A stretch of 63,871 bases of DNA, filler included, from Dicyema japonicum (GCA_011109175.1; 6 parts of 6 records of this genome joined end to end with filler, not necessarily neighbours in it); one strand, 5' to 3'. Positions 39,550 through 53,144 are shown, counted from the first letter of the whole stretch. Made by a program: numbers and translations. Notes: generated by a model from the letters alone, not told the origin.

Positions 39550-40720
39550 TCCCCACTCACGAGCATACGGTTGATTGCCTTGAGATCCTCATCTAGCTCC
39601 CCCGGTAGCGTAGTACGCGGGCGCCCCCAATATTTCTTTTCACTTGCAGCAAAATATTATTCCATTCCCAAATTTGCAAGTGATATAAGGTCCATCCGTA
39701 GGAGGTGTCCAAACAGTCTCCATCGGGCCTCCACCACATCCCAAGTCACAGGGCCATTGTATCCCGCAAAGTATTCGTAATTGCCTCCGGTGTAAAAGGT
39801 TAAGATTTTTGGTTTCTGAGACCGAGATCCCCCAGCAGGAAGAGTTATATACAGGACCAGCTTCACGAAAGCATTATAGAGACGCAAACGAAAAGCGATC
39901 GTTACCGGTCTGTTAACTAACCAATCCGTCTTTATTTTGTTCAGTGCGACCGTCGATAATACTTTCCTCCGGGTTATGTCCTCACTGTCCCCTATGAGGA
40001 AGCCGAGTTACTGGAACGTCTCCAATCTTAATCCCATGCGTACGATTTCCACTATTTCAGTTTTGGTTGTATTCACCGTAAGCTCGTCAAAGTATTCTTA
40101 TGTCTTGTAGCATGCGCAAACGCAGTGTTACACAGGAATAGACCAAATGCCAGGCAGAAATTTATCAGCAGAGCCCCCGGCAGGTTCCTGATCTCTCTTC
40201 CGTGTCTTCCGATAGTCGACTCATGTTCTCGACGTACTCCTGCTTTAGCATTCCAGTCTCCGGCAATGAAGACTAGAATAGACGATTCCAGTTCGGCATA
40301 TGTCCTCAACAGCTGCACGTAGAAAGCGTCAAGTTCGTCAGAATATTAGGCGACTCGTCCACTGTGAAATACATAAACATTTATAATTGAGATAAGGGCC
40401 CTCGACGTGCGTTTGACCCCATCCCGTATTTGCAGTATGCTGATTCAGTCATTAACACTCCAACACCGATGTATCCCACGAACAAGTTTATTGTGCACAG
40501 CAAACCCTTGTCCATAGTGTCTTGATGACGATGATAGTAAAATGAGTCTATAGTCTCCATGTAGCCTGTACTTTTGTCTCTTGTAGGTATCCCACGTCTG
40601 CACCATATCTCCCCAGATCCGAACATAACAGGTTTCTTTTCCACTCCTTGCTGATCCCTCTTACATTGAAAGATGTTATTTTAAGCTCCTCCACAACTCT
40701 GGGACCTGGGCCACCTCAAA
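39550..40720 (-). mobile_element. RTE-clade LINE, internally deleted
   Basis: KITSFNVRGI, FIAGDWNAK, RLYNAFV, ARWRLFGHLLRM, GRPRTTLP. Confidence 0.85.
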
Positions 40721-40744
40721 AGAGTAATTGGAGAGGCTAGACTC

Positions 40745-41053
40745 GTTTCACAGGAATCATCTACGAAACATAACTGGAATATCCTGGCCATCCAGGATCT
40801 CGCAGAATGGACCGTAAAATAAGTATGACTGAGATTTTTTGGACACGTCCAGAGGTTGGACCCGATATCCCCACCGAATATCGCAATGGAAAATTATTAC
40901 TCCTCCTCCAATGTAAAACGCTTTCGTGGAACACCGAGAACTACCCTTCCGGTCGTTTTACAAAACGATCTGAAGACCGTGAAAAACGATCTGGACTTTC
41001 TGAGGGACCTAGCTAAGAACAGAAGAGTTGGAGCTATTATCGACAAGATCTAA
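40745..41053 (+). mobile_element. RTE LINE 3' fragment
   Basis: PNIAMENYY...RGTPRTTLPVVLQNDLK. Confidence 0.75.
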
Positions 41054-43084
41054 AAATTCGCTTATCACACCATTATTGAAGACTGGAAAACCGAAGAGAG
41101 ATGTTTCATACAGGCTCATCTCCCTAACCTGCATACTATCCAAAATCTTTAAAAACTCGTACTCTTGGTTATTACTCTAATTCTTCTTCAACCTGAATGT
41201 CTACAGTGATTTCGTTTGGGAGCTGTCACAAGTTATTGCCGATGGTTTTACTTCTTCCCCACCTCACATGCGTACAGCAATAGTCTCCATGAAATTAGTA
41301 AAGCATTCAACAGTGTCTTAAATACATCAAAGCTTAAAACTGTAGTCGGCCAACTTTCTCTCAGGAAAATATAAAATAGTTAACTGCAGCAGTCTCAGAT
41401 AAGGATCACGATACTTCCAAACGAAGTTTCCAAAGTTCTCCGATCTCTTGGACACTTTTCAACTTATTCCTTCATGATATAGCACATATATGGAAAAAGA
41501 CCTGGTTACTATCCTAATCATCACAAACGAAACCGTTAGAACCTAATAACAGCTGAAAGTGGAGAGTGTCTACGATTGGTTGATGCCTTTCATATTGACC
41601 ATAAAGTCGACATACACTTCATTCACTTCAGAAGAACCAAGAAGAAAAACCTGGAATTTGTATCTGATCTGTTCAGATATATGAAACAAGTTCTTAGTGA
41701 CGGATGATAGGTTGTAGAATTTCAGATTTGAAATACGTCCTAACCAAAAATCCTTAAAATATGAGCGTTTGTTCGGAAGACCCTTTAAATTTGGATGATT
41801 ATTGGGCAATCAATTAGCGCAGGTTGTAGAGTATTCCCTTTTTCGAGGAGTAGAGTATTCCCTATCTGAAACTATTTTCAACAGACCTAACAGCCTCTTT
41901 CTAACAAATATTCGAATGGTGGGACCACAAACTGGATCATCAATCGCTTCCCTACTTTCTGTCCACATCAAAAGAAAAAAACTGATTTGTTTACAAATTT
42001 TTACTTTTTAATCAGATTTTTGTTTCCCAGTGGAGACTACAGACGTTATATAGTTCAGTTAATAATATGAACTGATATTTTTGAAGTTATTTCTGTCTAT
42101 TTACTCGGTAATCTGAGATATAAATAAAAGTCAATGTTTTCTTCTCATGGTTGTAAAAGATTGTTCATTATGAAGAACCAGCTGAAATTACTCATACTTT
42201 ATCAAATAAACGCCTAAATGTAAATATTGATAATTTATACTCAGATTAAAGAGCTTTCTGGAAAATAAAAAATTAGGTCATATTTTATTTATAATTTTTA
42301 TAAGTTATATTATTTGTTTAATTATTAAATATTAATATATATTAGATTTTTTTCGCGTTTCTTGATGAGTTTCTTAGTCATCACCAATAACCATCGAGAG
42401 GAGTTCCCTCTAGACGGCTCTTACTACACATCCGGTTACTTTTCCGATGGAGACTCGTCATGTCTGAAGAATGCGCAGGAACGCAGTCGGAACACTGAGA
42501 AAAGATGCGGAGACTGTTGAGGGCTGAAATTTAGTTATTTGGATATGACGGTGGTTTTGGTTCAATAAATTAAAATCACCAATGACAAAAAATGATTTAA
42601 TGACAGGTGATGTTAACCATTCCAGCATGTCACATATTAGCATCAATCACACGTTAACTTCAATCAAGCTTGCCACAAGTAAAATGAGAACATGACCAAT
42701 TCAAACTCGAAAATGTTGAATGTCCGACATTTTTTTAGTTCAAAGCTTAGTGTATCCAAGTTTTCAGAGTCTTCCATTTAACAATAAGACTTTCACACCT
42801 CATGAAGCTGCATAGACATATCCCGAAATTAAGGTAAGTCACCACCAATACAGTTTCACTATTGCACTGCCATGCCAAAGCGGTGCAACCTGAAAAATCA
42901 ACAGCAGCGTCACCCTCCTTTACTGTCCTGTTGCAACAAACTCCCATACTCCATCTCACCTTCTCCCTCTCTAGACAACTCCCAATCCATGTCCCCGTAG
43001 AATGGTCCACGGTCGTTAGGGAGCATCAGTAAAAAAACTATACTACCGGACTAAAAATAATCGAATTCAAATATAAAAGCAAAT

Positions 43085-43631
43085 CTAACAAAAAACAAAA
43101 AGGACTAATTGTCATTCAAAAAAGACTGCATTTTCCCAATACAATTTTCAAGGTCCTTATTACAGCATTATCATTGCTGACATCAAGCGTAGTCTAGGTG
43201 ACCACAAAGCAAACCTGAGAGGCTCTTTCCACAATTTCACTCAGCTCATTGTCAGTAGGGTCGCATTCTGTAGTATATTTGTCGCTTTCTTTATCACACT
43301 GGACCGCCACGTTGAACGGGATCTTAAAAATTGACGAAATTGGATCCATATCTAAGACAGAATGTTCAAATGATGGACACACGAAGTCTTCCATAAACGC
43401 TATATAATTGTTGTGGGAACCCTCGGTAAAGTCAGTCCAATCCTCATCGGAATTGGTCTTATTCGGTAACATAGATTAAGTACCTCGATTCTAAGTGGGA
43501 GTAAGTTTTTTTTCAGGTTTTCATGATCTTCTTCCGTTAATTCAATCACTATGAGAATAAAAATCAAAGTTACTTTCATCTGTGTCATCCTCGGGGATAA
43601 ATCCAAAGTACTCGTCATAATAATCTCGCAT
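43085..43631 (-). CDS. Hypothetical acidic protein; introns 43549-43573, 43458-43483, 43194-43214; 3' end uncertain
   Basis: 25-, 26- and 21-nt GT-AG introns join frames: MRDYYDEYFGFIPEDDTDEMIELTEED...RIETNSDEDWTDFTEG...ERASQTTLDVSND...LGKC. Confidence 0.72.
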
Positions 43632-45529
43632 AATGAACTCAACAAAATACTAAAAATTAAATAAACTCCCGCTAATTTATTTTGATATTATTTATTAATT
43701 TAGAAAAAAATTCATTTAAATTGTTTATAAGGATTTCGGATCGATTGCTTCTCTATAGAAATTTTTACCAGATACAATAGGCAAGGTTTTCTCCGTTTCT
43801 GCAAGGAACCGGTAATTAAAATCGGCCAGTTCTCTGTCTAGTACTTATGCGAAGTCACTGTGCACTGGTAAAAACAGGTAATTAAGTTGGTGCCACTGGT
43901 GCTACTTTCATGTTCTCAAGTCGAAGGAGTTTCAAGGCGAGGATCCACACTACAAAGGCCAAATTACAAGACGAAGGAACCTATTGCACTGCAAGGGAAT
44001 CTCTTCAAGGGGAAGAAACATATTACAAGTCGATTGAACTTATTCTACAAAACGAAGGAACATATTACAAGGTGGAGAAACATATTACGGACCGAATGGA
44101 CATATTCTACAAGAACAAAGGAACCTTTTGGNAGTTCTCTGTCCAGTACTTGTGCGAGGTCACTGTGCACTGGGAAAAACAGGTAATTAAGGTGGTGCCA
44201 CTGGTGCTACTTTCATGTTCTCAAGTCGAAGGAGTTTCAAGGCGAGGATCCACATTACAAGGGCCAAATTACAAGACGAAGGAACCTATTGCACTGCAAG
44301 GGAATCTCTTCAAGGGGAAGAAACATATTACAAGTCGATTGAACTTATTCTACAAAACGAAGGAACATATTACAAGGTGGAGAAACATATTACGGACCGA
44401 ATGGACATATTCTACAAGAACAAAGGAACCTTTTGGGGGACGCAGCAGCCAAAAAATCAAAATCTCCGGATATTTTCCAAGTTGGACCTAGTGCCCACTC
44501 CAATTGATCCCTACATTCGTATCAAGGTCTACACGGGACTTTGTTAACCACATCATCGGTCCCTACAGGACGGCTTGGGACCACTGTGGAAGAACATACT
44601 GGGGAAAGGACCTACAAAGGGAGAACTAACTAGAGATGGGCGTGCTGGCTTTGTACCTATAACGTTCTGGAGATGAAATTAGGATGAGTAACTTACTAGA
44701 CAAGTAAATGGATGTTAGCAGGGAAAAAGGGTACCCGGATGAACAGTCCAGGCCAACTAGCGGACTGATAGATACTTATTCCNGGGTCTACACGGGACTT
44801 TGTTAACCACATCATCGGTCCCTACAGGACGGCTTGGGACCACTGTGGAAGAACATACTGGGGAAAGGACCTACAAAGGGAGAACTAACTAGAGATGGGC
44901 GTGCTTTGTACCTATAACGTTCTGGAGATGAAATTAGGATGAGTAACTTACTAGACGAGTAAATGGATGTTAGCAGGGAAAAAGGGTACCCGGATGAACA
45001 GTCCAGGCCAACTAGCGGACTGATAGATACTTATTCCTTAACCTGTTGTTTAATTCATTTTCATTTTACTGTGGCACTGTTAAAGGCTCCTTGTTTTTAA
45101 ACTTTAACTTTTTCTCTATTAACAAAAAAAAGTAAAGAGGGTATTAATTTGAGGCTTCTTACTAAAGTCCTGATAATAGCTTGGACCTGACTCCTCTTAT
45201 GGTTCATTCCGTGCTGCGACATACAAGTCAAGTTTAACATCTCTTTTAGTTTGCAATCCCTCTCTCTGTTATTTCTCTGATCCACACTAATAGCACATCT
45301 TAGTCCCCATCTAACCTCTCGCCGAGCCGTTTGTGAAGGGCTAACATCTCTTTTAGTTTGCAATCCTTTTCTCTGTTATTCCTCTGATCCACACTAATAG
45401 CATATCTTAGTCTCCATCTAACCTCTCGCCGAGCCGTTTGTGAAGGGCGATCTTGATCCTTGCTTTTCGATTTTTCAAGAAACAATATAAAACGCTTCTT
45501 GTATGCAGTGTAATACCACTATGAGTCTT

Positions 45530-46270
45530 CTGAAATTTGGCTGATGTGTCCCTCAGGGTTCAGTGCTCATTCCTCTATTATTCAACATTGTAATGAGTGA
45601 ATTGCCTTGCCCAGAAAACCAACGTACATAAATTTGATGACGTCATAATTTGATGTCTCTTTAAATCCTTCGGTATCTGAGAAACGGTTGAAGACGTACA
45701 TGGTTGACTTCTGATGAAAAGTTAATTTCAGTTGCACGTGAGAAGTCTGGTCTGGTCTGGTCAGGATAACTAAATGCAGGAGGCTGACTAACCTAAAGAA
45801 CTCGTCACACGACATAATTCGGAAAAAAAACTATGAAATACCCTGGGCTCATAATTGAAAAAAGAAGTAATTTTATGAAGCATGCTAAAATACGAATGAT
45901 AAAGCTACGAACGCTTTGTTCTGCGTTATAAAATTAAAGCTCTAGTCGGAGACCCTTGTTTATGTCTTAAACTCCGCAATACTTCCTGGAATGTTATATG
46001 GTTTAGAAGGATGGTACGATTCAAAAAGGAGAGACTTAATTTAAAAAAATTGAAAAACGCGTAATTTTGCTTTAAAGCTTGCTTACGTGATAAGTCCTCG
46101 TATACCAATTCACCTATAGTTGGAAGGAAAAATGTGCAAGGTTTGTGGAACTATCGAAAATCTTATTAGAGTTTCAAAAACCGCACTAAAGTATCTGGTA
46201 CTTATCTTCAGAGCTGATCTTGTGTCTAAGGATATTTTTGGGGAGACTGTCGGGTTAAAAGTCGGTATTT
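45530..46270 (+). mobile_element. Decayed LINE RT fragment
   Basis: VPQGSVLIPLLFNIVMSEL at about 45547-45603; rest degenerate. Confidence 0.55.
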
Positions 46271-47464
46271 CCGCAATCACTTAATTTGCAGTGTTTACTT
46301 TAAAATAACTTACTTGACTGATGCCCACATGATTTTCCATAGGGACACCTTCCTCAGGTAGGATTGAGTCAACCAAAGACTTACAGACTCCGATATCGTA
46401 CTTCACTGAAATTAATTTTTCCCAGTGGAATAACCATCTGACACATCACATTTAGAAGCATCCACCACTCAATCCATTTCTTGATAGTCCTTGATACTTA
46501 AGGTTCAAATAAAGGCGTCCCCATTTTGAGTGACTTAGAGTTTCTTCATCCAGTTTTCCATTGTACATTCACGCTATATTGAATTGACCTTTCCCTTGCA
46601 TTTAACTTCAGAGGGATGACTTTGAGAGATTATCACATCCCCACAATTGATTCTGGATTTCCTACACGTGTTTTAAACATTTTACTTGTGGTTTTAAGGT
46701 GGACAGACTTCGCATACGTCGCAAAAGCGTTCGAGTTCAACTTATAGAAATAACGGATTGATCTGCAAATATGAATTCCAGCAACCATAAATCGAGACAG
46801 TGAAAATTTACATGTATTTTATTAGCGGTTCTTTATTCCTCACAGGAGTACAAGAATACGAACATTTCATATGTTTGTTAGGATTTATTTCCAGGAAGTC
46901 GAGTCGGATTTGATCATGCTTAGAGCTTTCTCGAACATCGTAGACTCCCTATTTATGATTTCACGTTGAAACGGCAGTGTCGAGCTAAGAAACGTTAAAC
47001 TGTACAGTTCAAATGTTTGTCGATGGACTTGATACTTCATGTTAAATTGCGACATGACTATTTAATGACTTTTTGTTAGTCCTTCATGGAAGATTCGATG
47101 ATATCGAAGGCAGTCCTAATGTCAGTCGTGTATGATTGAATGAAATGCTTCAAGTTTGCTTGAAGGATTCGATTTTTGAATTTTCATGTCGAAGGAAGTC
47201 CTAATGTCAGTCGTGTATGATTGAATGAAATCCTTCAAGTTTGCTTGAAGGATTCGATTTTTGAATTTTCTTCACAGATCAAAAACTAACACCGTAATCA
47301 GTGATTAATTACAGAGGAACCGGATTGTCTCAGGGACCCACACGCAAGCAAAAATAAAAAGAAAAGAAGTTAAGAACACCATCACTGTCTCCACCTTGGA
47401 TTAATCAGCATGATGTTTCTTCACTTTTCATTAAAGAGTAAGTTCTGTCTTAGCTGAGTAATTA

Positions 47465-49010
47465 TTATTATTACCACCAGGATCACTGGGTCAAAGAAAA
47501 AGAAATAAAAAGTTCTCAACTAACTAAGTGATCCCAGACAGACAAGGGAGAGGACGAGTCAGTCGGGGTCTAGAATCCTGAACAGCTCATCTCATAGAAC
47601 ATGTCATCGGCTCAAAATTTCTGTATAATTGTATTTATTTCCATAGTGTATGGAATAGAGGACAGCTCAGTAAACTAGCCTCCTTTAGAGTTTCCGTTGT
47701 AATTCGATTAAGAGATTTTCAATGAGGTGGATTTTGTGTTCTGGTCCAATAATCCTTATTGCGGTCTCCTAGATTGCGGATAGTTTCAATGAGAAGGATC
47801 GTAAAATCTGCATTGCCCACGAAGGACTAACATACGTCATCGTGAGTCGGATAAACTGTCGTAAATCGTGGCAAGGCTACCAGTTTGGTCTCTAAGTGTT
47901 TTTGAGAGCACTTTTAAAATTCTCATTTTCCTCAGAGCAGAAGTTACTATGTTCTCAACATGTCGGATAAAGTTGAGTCCCTGATCGAAGGTGACTCCCA
48001 GAATCTTCGGTGTTTTGTTAATAGGAATAGCCTCGTTCTTCATAAGGATTTGAAAACATTACTAGTGTTTGGTGGAAATGCTGAATTATTATTATTTTAA
48101 ATTTTAATTAATTTTTGTTAATTTTATAATTATTGAATTTTTATTTTAATTAATTAAGTCAATTTTTTTTTTTTAGCACAAAAATTTTTTTTTAACAATT
48201 AAACAAATGTCAGTTGAGGAAGCCTGCTGCGTGGATTGCGAACGAGTTCCCTCGGAGTATGGCCAATCCAATCTTTTGTCTTAGCCATAACCCTTCTCGT
48301 TGATCCCTTTTCTTTCTGGCCAATTAAATACAAACTCGTGGGGCTGGATACACTTAATTAGTTGTTTACTTTAATGTCTTTTTCGGTGCATCCGGGGTTA
48401 ATAAATAAATAAACCCTTGTTTGGGGATCGTCCATAGACACTACCAAACAAACTATTTTGTAGTTACTTGGTAAGAGAGAGAGGTTTGGTCTGTTTGGTA
48501 CAAATGTAGACAAATGTAAATTTATTGAAAAATTTCAACATTTGCTTGGGACTGTAGAACGTTCCCATCTGAATCCGTGTTGGTAGAGATAAAGAAGCAA
48601 ATGAGGTTTAATTTCCAAAACACAAGTTTTTTCATGAGGCGCAAAAGCAGACACTTTATGGATTTCTGGGGTAAAATGAAGATGAGGCTTTCGGTTTTTC
48701 TGGGTTTAAAACGGGTATGATATGTAGTTCTTCCATTTACTAAGAGTAGCGTTCATGTTGAGTGAGAACAAATTAAAAATTGAAGTAATCGATCTGATTG
48801 CAATTTCTTCAAGATGCCTTAGCAGAATTTCAGGAATACCATCTGGACCACATGTATATGACTTTTTCATGGATCTTACTGACTGTGTAACCTTAGTATG
48901 CGTAAATAGTTCGATCCATGGTTTAGGTACCAATTTAATGTTGGCGACATGAGTGAGTCTGCAAAAAGTCCTTGTGAGTTATAGAAGCGTAATACTTCAG
49001 GTTATTAGCT
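47465..49010 (-). mobile_element. Fragments of Ingi/Vingi-like LINE (47465-48060 and 48420-49010) separated by a short repeat
   Basis: CGPDGIPEILL, YQHGFR, TPKILGVTFD, GIT* terminus with ttagttagtt. Confidence 0.75.
48212..48413 (+). repeat. Short dispersed element family C (also 59845-59955 on minus; start of a copy at 25759-25785)
   Basis: Shared gaagccggctgcgtggat.gcgaacgagttccctcggagtat...ctcgttgatcccttttctttctggc; this copy ends in a LINE-type tail. Confidence 0.75.
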
Positions 49011-51575
49011 TCCTTAATATTTGAATTCTATTGGAGTGCATTTTTTATTGCCGAATTGAATTCCTCTGCATGGGCCGCCCTTTCTATGAATGGGTTTCAT
49101 AGTTCCTTGCAGATATGTAATAAGCATGACAATTTCTCAAGTCGCCGCCTCTAATATTGCCGATTTGAATTCCTCTGCATGGGCCGCCCTTTCTATGAAT
49201 GGGTTTCATAGTTCCTTGCAGATATGTAATAAGCATGACAATTTCTCAAGTCGTCGCCTCTGAAAGAGCACTTGGAATGATATGGTGTCTGATCGTATAT
49301 GCCGCATGATCTTCCGCCTGAGTTAGTTCATATACTCGACCTTCGAAGAGGGAAGAGCAAATCTCCAAGCAGAACAGGAATATTCAATCGTCGAAACGAT
49401 TACTTGGTGACGCTCAGTGCAAGTTCTACATGGAAAAGAACCATTCGACATTCCCTACCCTTTTACGACTTTCAGAAAAGTAGCCTACGAATAAAATTTT
49501 AATGATTATTAATAATTAATTTTTATTTATATATTTAAATTTAAAAATAATTTCTTCATTTGATGTTGTGTATAATTAAATTAGAGAAATCCCAAAATAT
49601 GGATTACTGCTTTTCTAAGAGTGATATATTCAAACAGTGAAAATGGGCTGAAATCCGCATATGATCTGTACTTATTAATATCGTTAGGTCTCTGAATATC
49701 GGTGACTTTTGTCCCCCGTGTAGAAATGGTTAGAAACGTATTACTAAGTTAATGTATAAAAGATATTTATTAATCGTTTGACAACAAATTTATCCAAGAG
49801 TTTGATGGGATTGGATTATTTGAAAAATCAGTAATTTATGAAGATTGACTGTGATGAAAGACATCAGTACCTTTGTTGCTCTTAAAAGGTACATCTTTAA
49901 TTAAACAATACTGATTTTTGATTTTAACAAGGTAATTTATTTATTTGCACAGACGTGTCTGATAAACAACATGTCTTTTTTTCAGTATCTTATATCCGGA
50001 AAAAATCCGCGTTTCTTATAAAAATTAGATTCCTCTATATTTTGAGGCAAATTGAGAGATTAATTCGATTCTCATGAATAATATTTAACAACATCAGAAT
50101 TTGTAGATAGAAAATTCAAAAAATATTAAATTAAAAATTAAATTAATCGTAAGAAATTTATAGTGTTGGGTCAAAAGTCCAACATCGAGAGAAGCTTAGA
50201 AAGCTCATCAGGATTGTCGGGATGACCTAAATTCAAAAAATATTAAATAAAAAATTAAATTAATCGTAAGAAATTTATAGTGTTGGGTCAAAAGTCCGAC
50301 ATCGAGAGAAGCTTAGAAAGCTCATCAGGATTGTCGGGATGACCTAATTAATTTCGAGAGATTAACTATTGGTGGTTTTGGGATAAGTTATTTTATTTAT
50401 TTAACACCCATAATAAAATAAATTAATTAATCGTAGGGTTAGTAACGAATCCCACTTTATTTAACAAACAATAAAAAAGTTAATATATTTAATCAACAAC
50501 CTTCCTCGCCTGCCTGTTCGCCAGCCTTCTCAGGCAGGTTCTATTCTGGTTGCTGAAACCACTCAAAAAGCGCCTTGTCTAATTGNNNNNNNNNNNNNNN
50601 NNNNNNNNNNNNNNNNNNNNNNNNNNNNNTTAATTAATTAANNNNNNNNNNNNNNNNNNNNNNNNNNNNNNNNNNNNNNNNNNNNTAGAAACACTAAATA
50701 CGCGAGAAGCTTTACTGGTCAATTGAATAAGATGCAACTCTCATTTTGAAACAGGCACTTAAAAACACTCATTTTTTACTCTAGACGTTTATAAGTGCTA
50801 TTTTAATAAAACAAAACGACAAATTGGAGAATATTCCATGCACTCAGTCATCTGACAATCTCTTAATTCCGAGTCTCCGTGAATGATTGTAAGAGGTAAT
50901 TTTATGACAAAAAAGACGCGTTAAAATATTTTAAAGATTTACGAAAGGTTATTTCTGGATTTTTACAATGCACCTCACAGGCTAAAGTTGTTCAGTTAGC
51001 TAAATTTTGAAAGGAAAATGCGTATTTTAGTATAATACCATTTTAATGTTATTTTGTAAGAAAAACATAAGTAAACCTGTAGAAGAAAAAATATTTTTAT
51101 TTAAATATTCCGCACAAGGAAATTAGAATTTGGAGTCATAAAATTGTGAATTTAGAATAATTAAGTGAAGTAAAAAGAATTTAATTTTGTGGTTTTTCTA
51201 AGCCTCAAACATTTGCCGTCTTTGTACGTAATTCACATTATTTTTGGTTAATTAAAAATCCATGGAATGTTAAATTTTTTATAAACAGAAATACTCTAAA
51301 GTAAATTTATTAAATAATACTAATTTCGAATATAAATATATTTTATGTTTAATAAATGTTATTTTTTTGTTTTAATAATTATTAAAAATAATAAAATACT
51401 TGTTTTTGTCTTCATTGTGGTATGACCTCGTTTTAAACTATTTTTCCTTTAAAAAATAAATTTTATAATCTTACTTAGGTTTACTGTATTTAACTATTAT
51501 TAATAATTTTATTTCTATTCCGATTTTTAGATAAATTTTTCATAGATTAAATCATTTATAGATAATTTGTGCCAA

Positions 51576-53144
51576 ATGTCTTCGAAATTTGAAGATAATT
51601 TCTGGGTATGTTCATAATATGTTGATATTTTTGCTTAAATGATAATTTTGAATGAATGCTATTAGGTCGGTATAATTTTCTTCCAATATATCATACAAAT
51701 TATACTTTCTATTAATATAATTTTAATAATTATATTTGAAGAACGGGAATTGGAGACATGTAGAGATGTTTTGCTATCCACTAAAGAACCAACCAATCAT
51801 TGTCGAAGAATTGATCAGTTATTGCCGAGAATGGTTCGGAATTAAACTATATGCCATTTTTATAGCTCTATGAATATTGATTCCATGATAAAAAATTATT
51901 CGAAAAAATCTGCGAGTTTGAGGAGCTGTGACTTGATCAGGTTTTAAAATACTTGACAATTTAACAGCGGATTTCTTCCGTTTATGGAGACATTTGCTAA
52001 AATGAATGATAATTGGTGTAATTCCCTTACAGAACTGAATAAGGAAATTCTTATAGTCGTCGAGAAACTTCAAAAATTTAATTCAAAATGTTCTGCCGTG
52101 CATAAAAAGGTTTTTAGATTGATCTAACCCAAATTTAAGTTTAGGGTCAAAGTAAATAACTGCATGATCGAAATAGCAAAAATGCAAAAGAAATTGAATC
52201 GCATCAAAAAAGTAATTTCAGTATTTTTATCAAAAAAGTACGAGAAATCTATCAGCGAGAGGCTCGAGGAATATAGACAAAAGAAAGTACAAAATATGTC
52301 AACCAAGGAGCTGACGAGATGTACAGAACGTGTGCTATTTGCAGGTTTTGTCAAAGTTATAATTAAATATAATTAACTTTCTGAAATAACCGATAGAAAA
52401 CCGATTCAATGTCTTGGCCGAATCATATAATAAACGGTTGGACAAGGTTTTGTCGAATGTAAAAAAGTTTTTGTCTGAAGCGCAAGAAATTGAGAACGAT
52501 TTTATAGAGTCTTTATCCCAAATTATGGGGGAGATCAGAGATTTAAATATTTCTTGTATTTCCGATATGTCTAAAGTATCCAGAAACATTAACTTTTTTT
52601 AGAATTTTGAGAATTCAAAAGCTCCTGAATTAACTATTAAAGACGCGATGGATGGTCTTGTGCGGTCACTTTCCGGCGGAGTATCCCAACCTCGTTAATC
52701 AATCTGAGTTTTGTATTTTTAGAAAAGATTCCATTGAAACATTCGGAAATCAAGTACGACGGAATTTCGAAGAACACATCTGATTCAAAGACAAGTTTGA
52801 CGAATTTGTCTATTTTTAAGAATCCAGTTCTAAATGTAGTATAAAAAATAAAAAAAGCATTAAAAATGCTGCTGATTCGTCTGAGGATGAAAGCTTTGAA
52901 ATGTCGTCGGAGAGCGAAGAGAGCGAATTTGACTTAAGAAAACTAAGCGTCAATATAAATCCCGCCAAATCTGATGGTTTTATGTCGAATACTTCGAGTC
53001 GCCTCAGTTCGATAAAACCTCCAGAAGTATATGTTGATTTTTGATTTTTAAGAAAAAGATAATCAATGAATCGTTTTCTAAGAATAATACTATGGATTCA
53101 GGTCAAAACAGCTGTGAAGTCTCAAGTAGTAAAAATACTAATAC
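51576..53144 (+). CDS. FCH/F-BAR protein of the FCHo/Syp1 (muniscin) family, 5' part truncated by linker; about 9-11 introns, mostly 26-32 nt
   Basis: MSSKFEDNFW start (FCH-type F.D.FW), helical F-BAR-length region, then SSESEESEFDLRKLSVNINP resembling the FCHo acidic/AP2-activator motif. Introns include 51834-51865, 51941-51967, 52110-52139, 52576-52602, 52694-52722, 52795-52820, 53027-53052. Confidence 0.75.

Noticed and set aside
43945-44435. CRISPR array
   Set aside because: Repeats are short and degenerate, linkers are about 10 nt and related to each other, there are no cas genes, and the context is eukaryotic.
48220-48305. Canonical HDV-like ribozyme in family C
   Set aside because: P2/P3-like pairings are possible, but there is no P1.1 partner or C-containing J4/2 motif, and P1 is wobble-rich.
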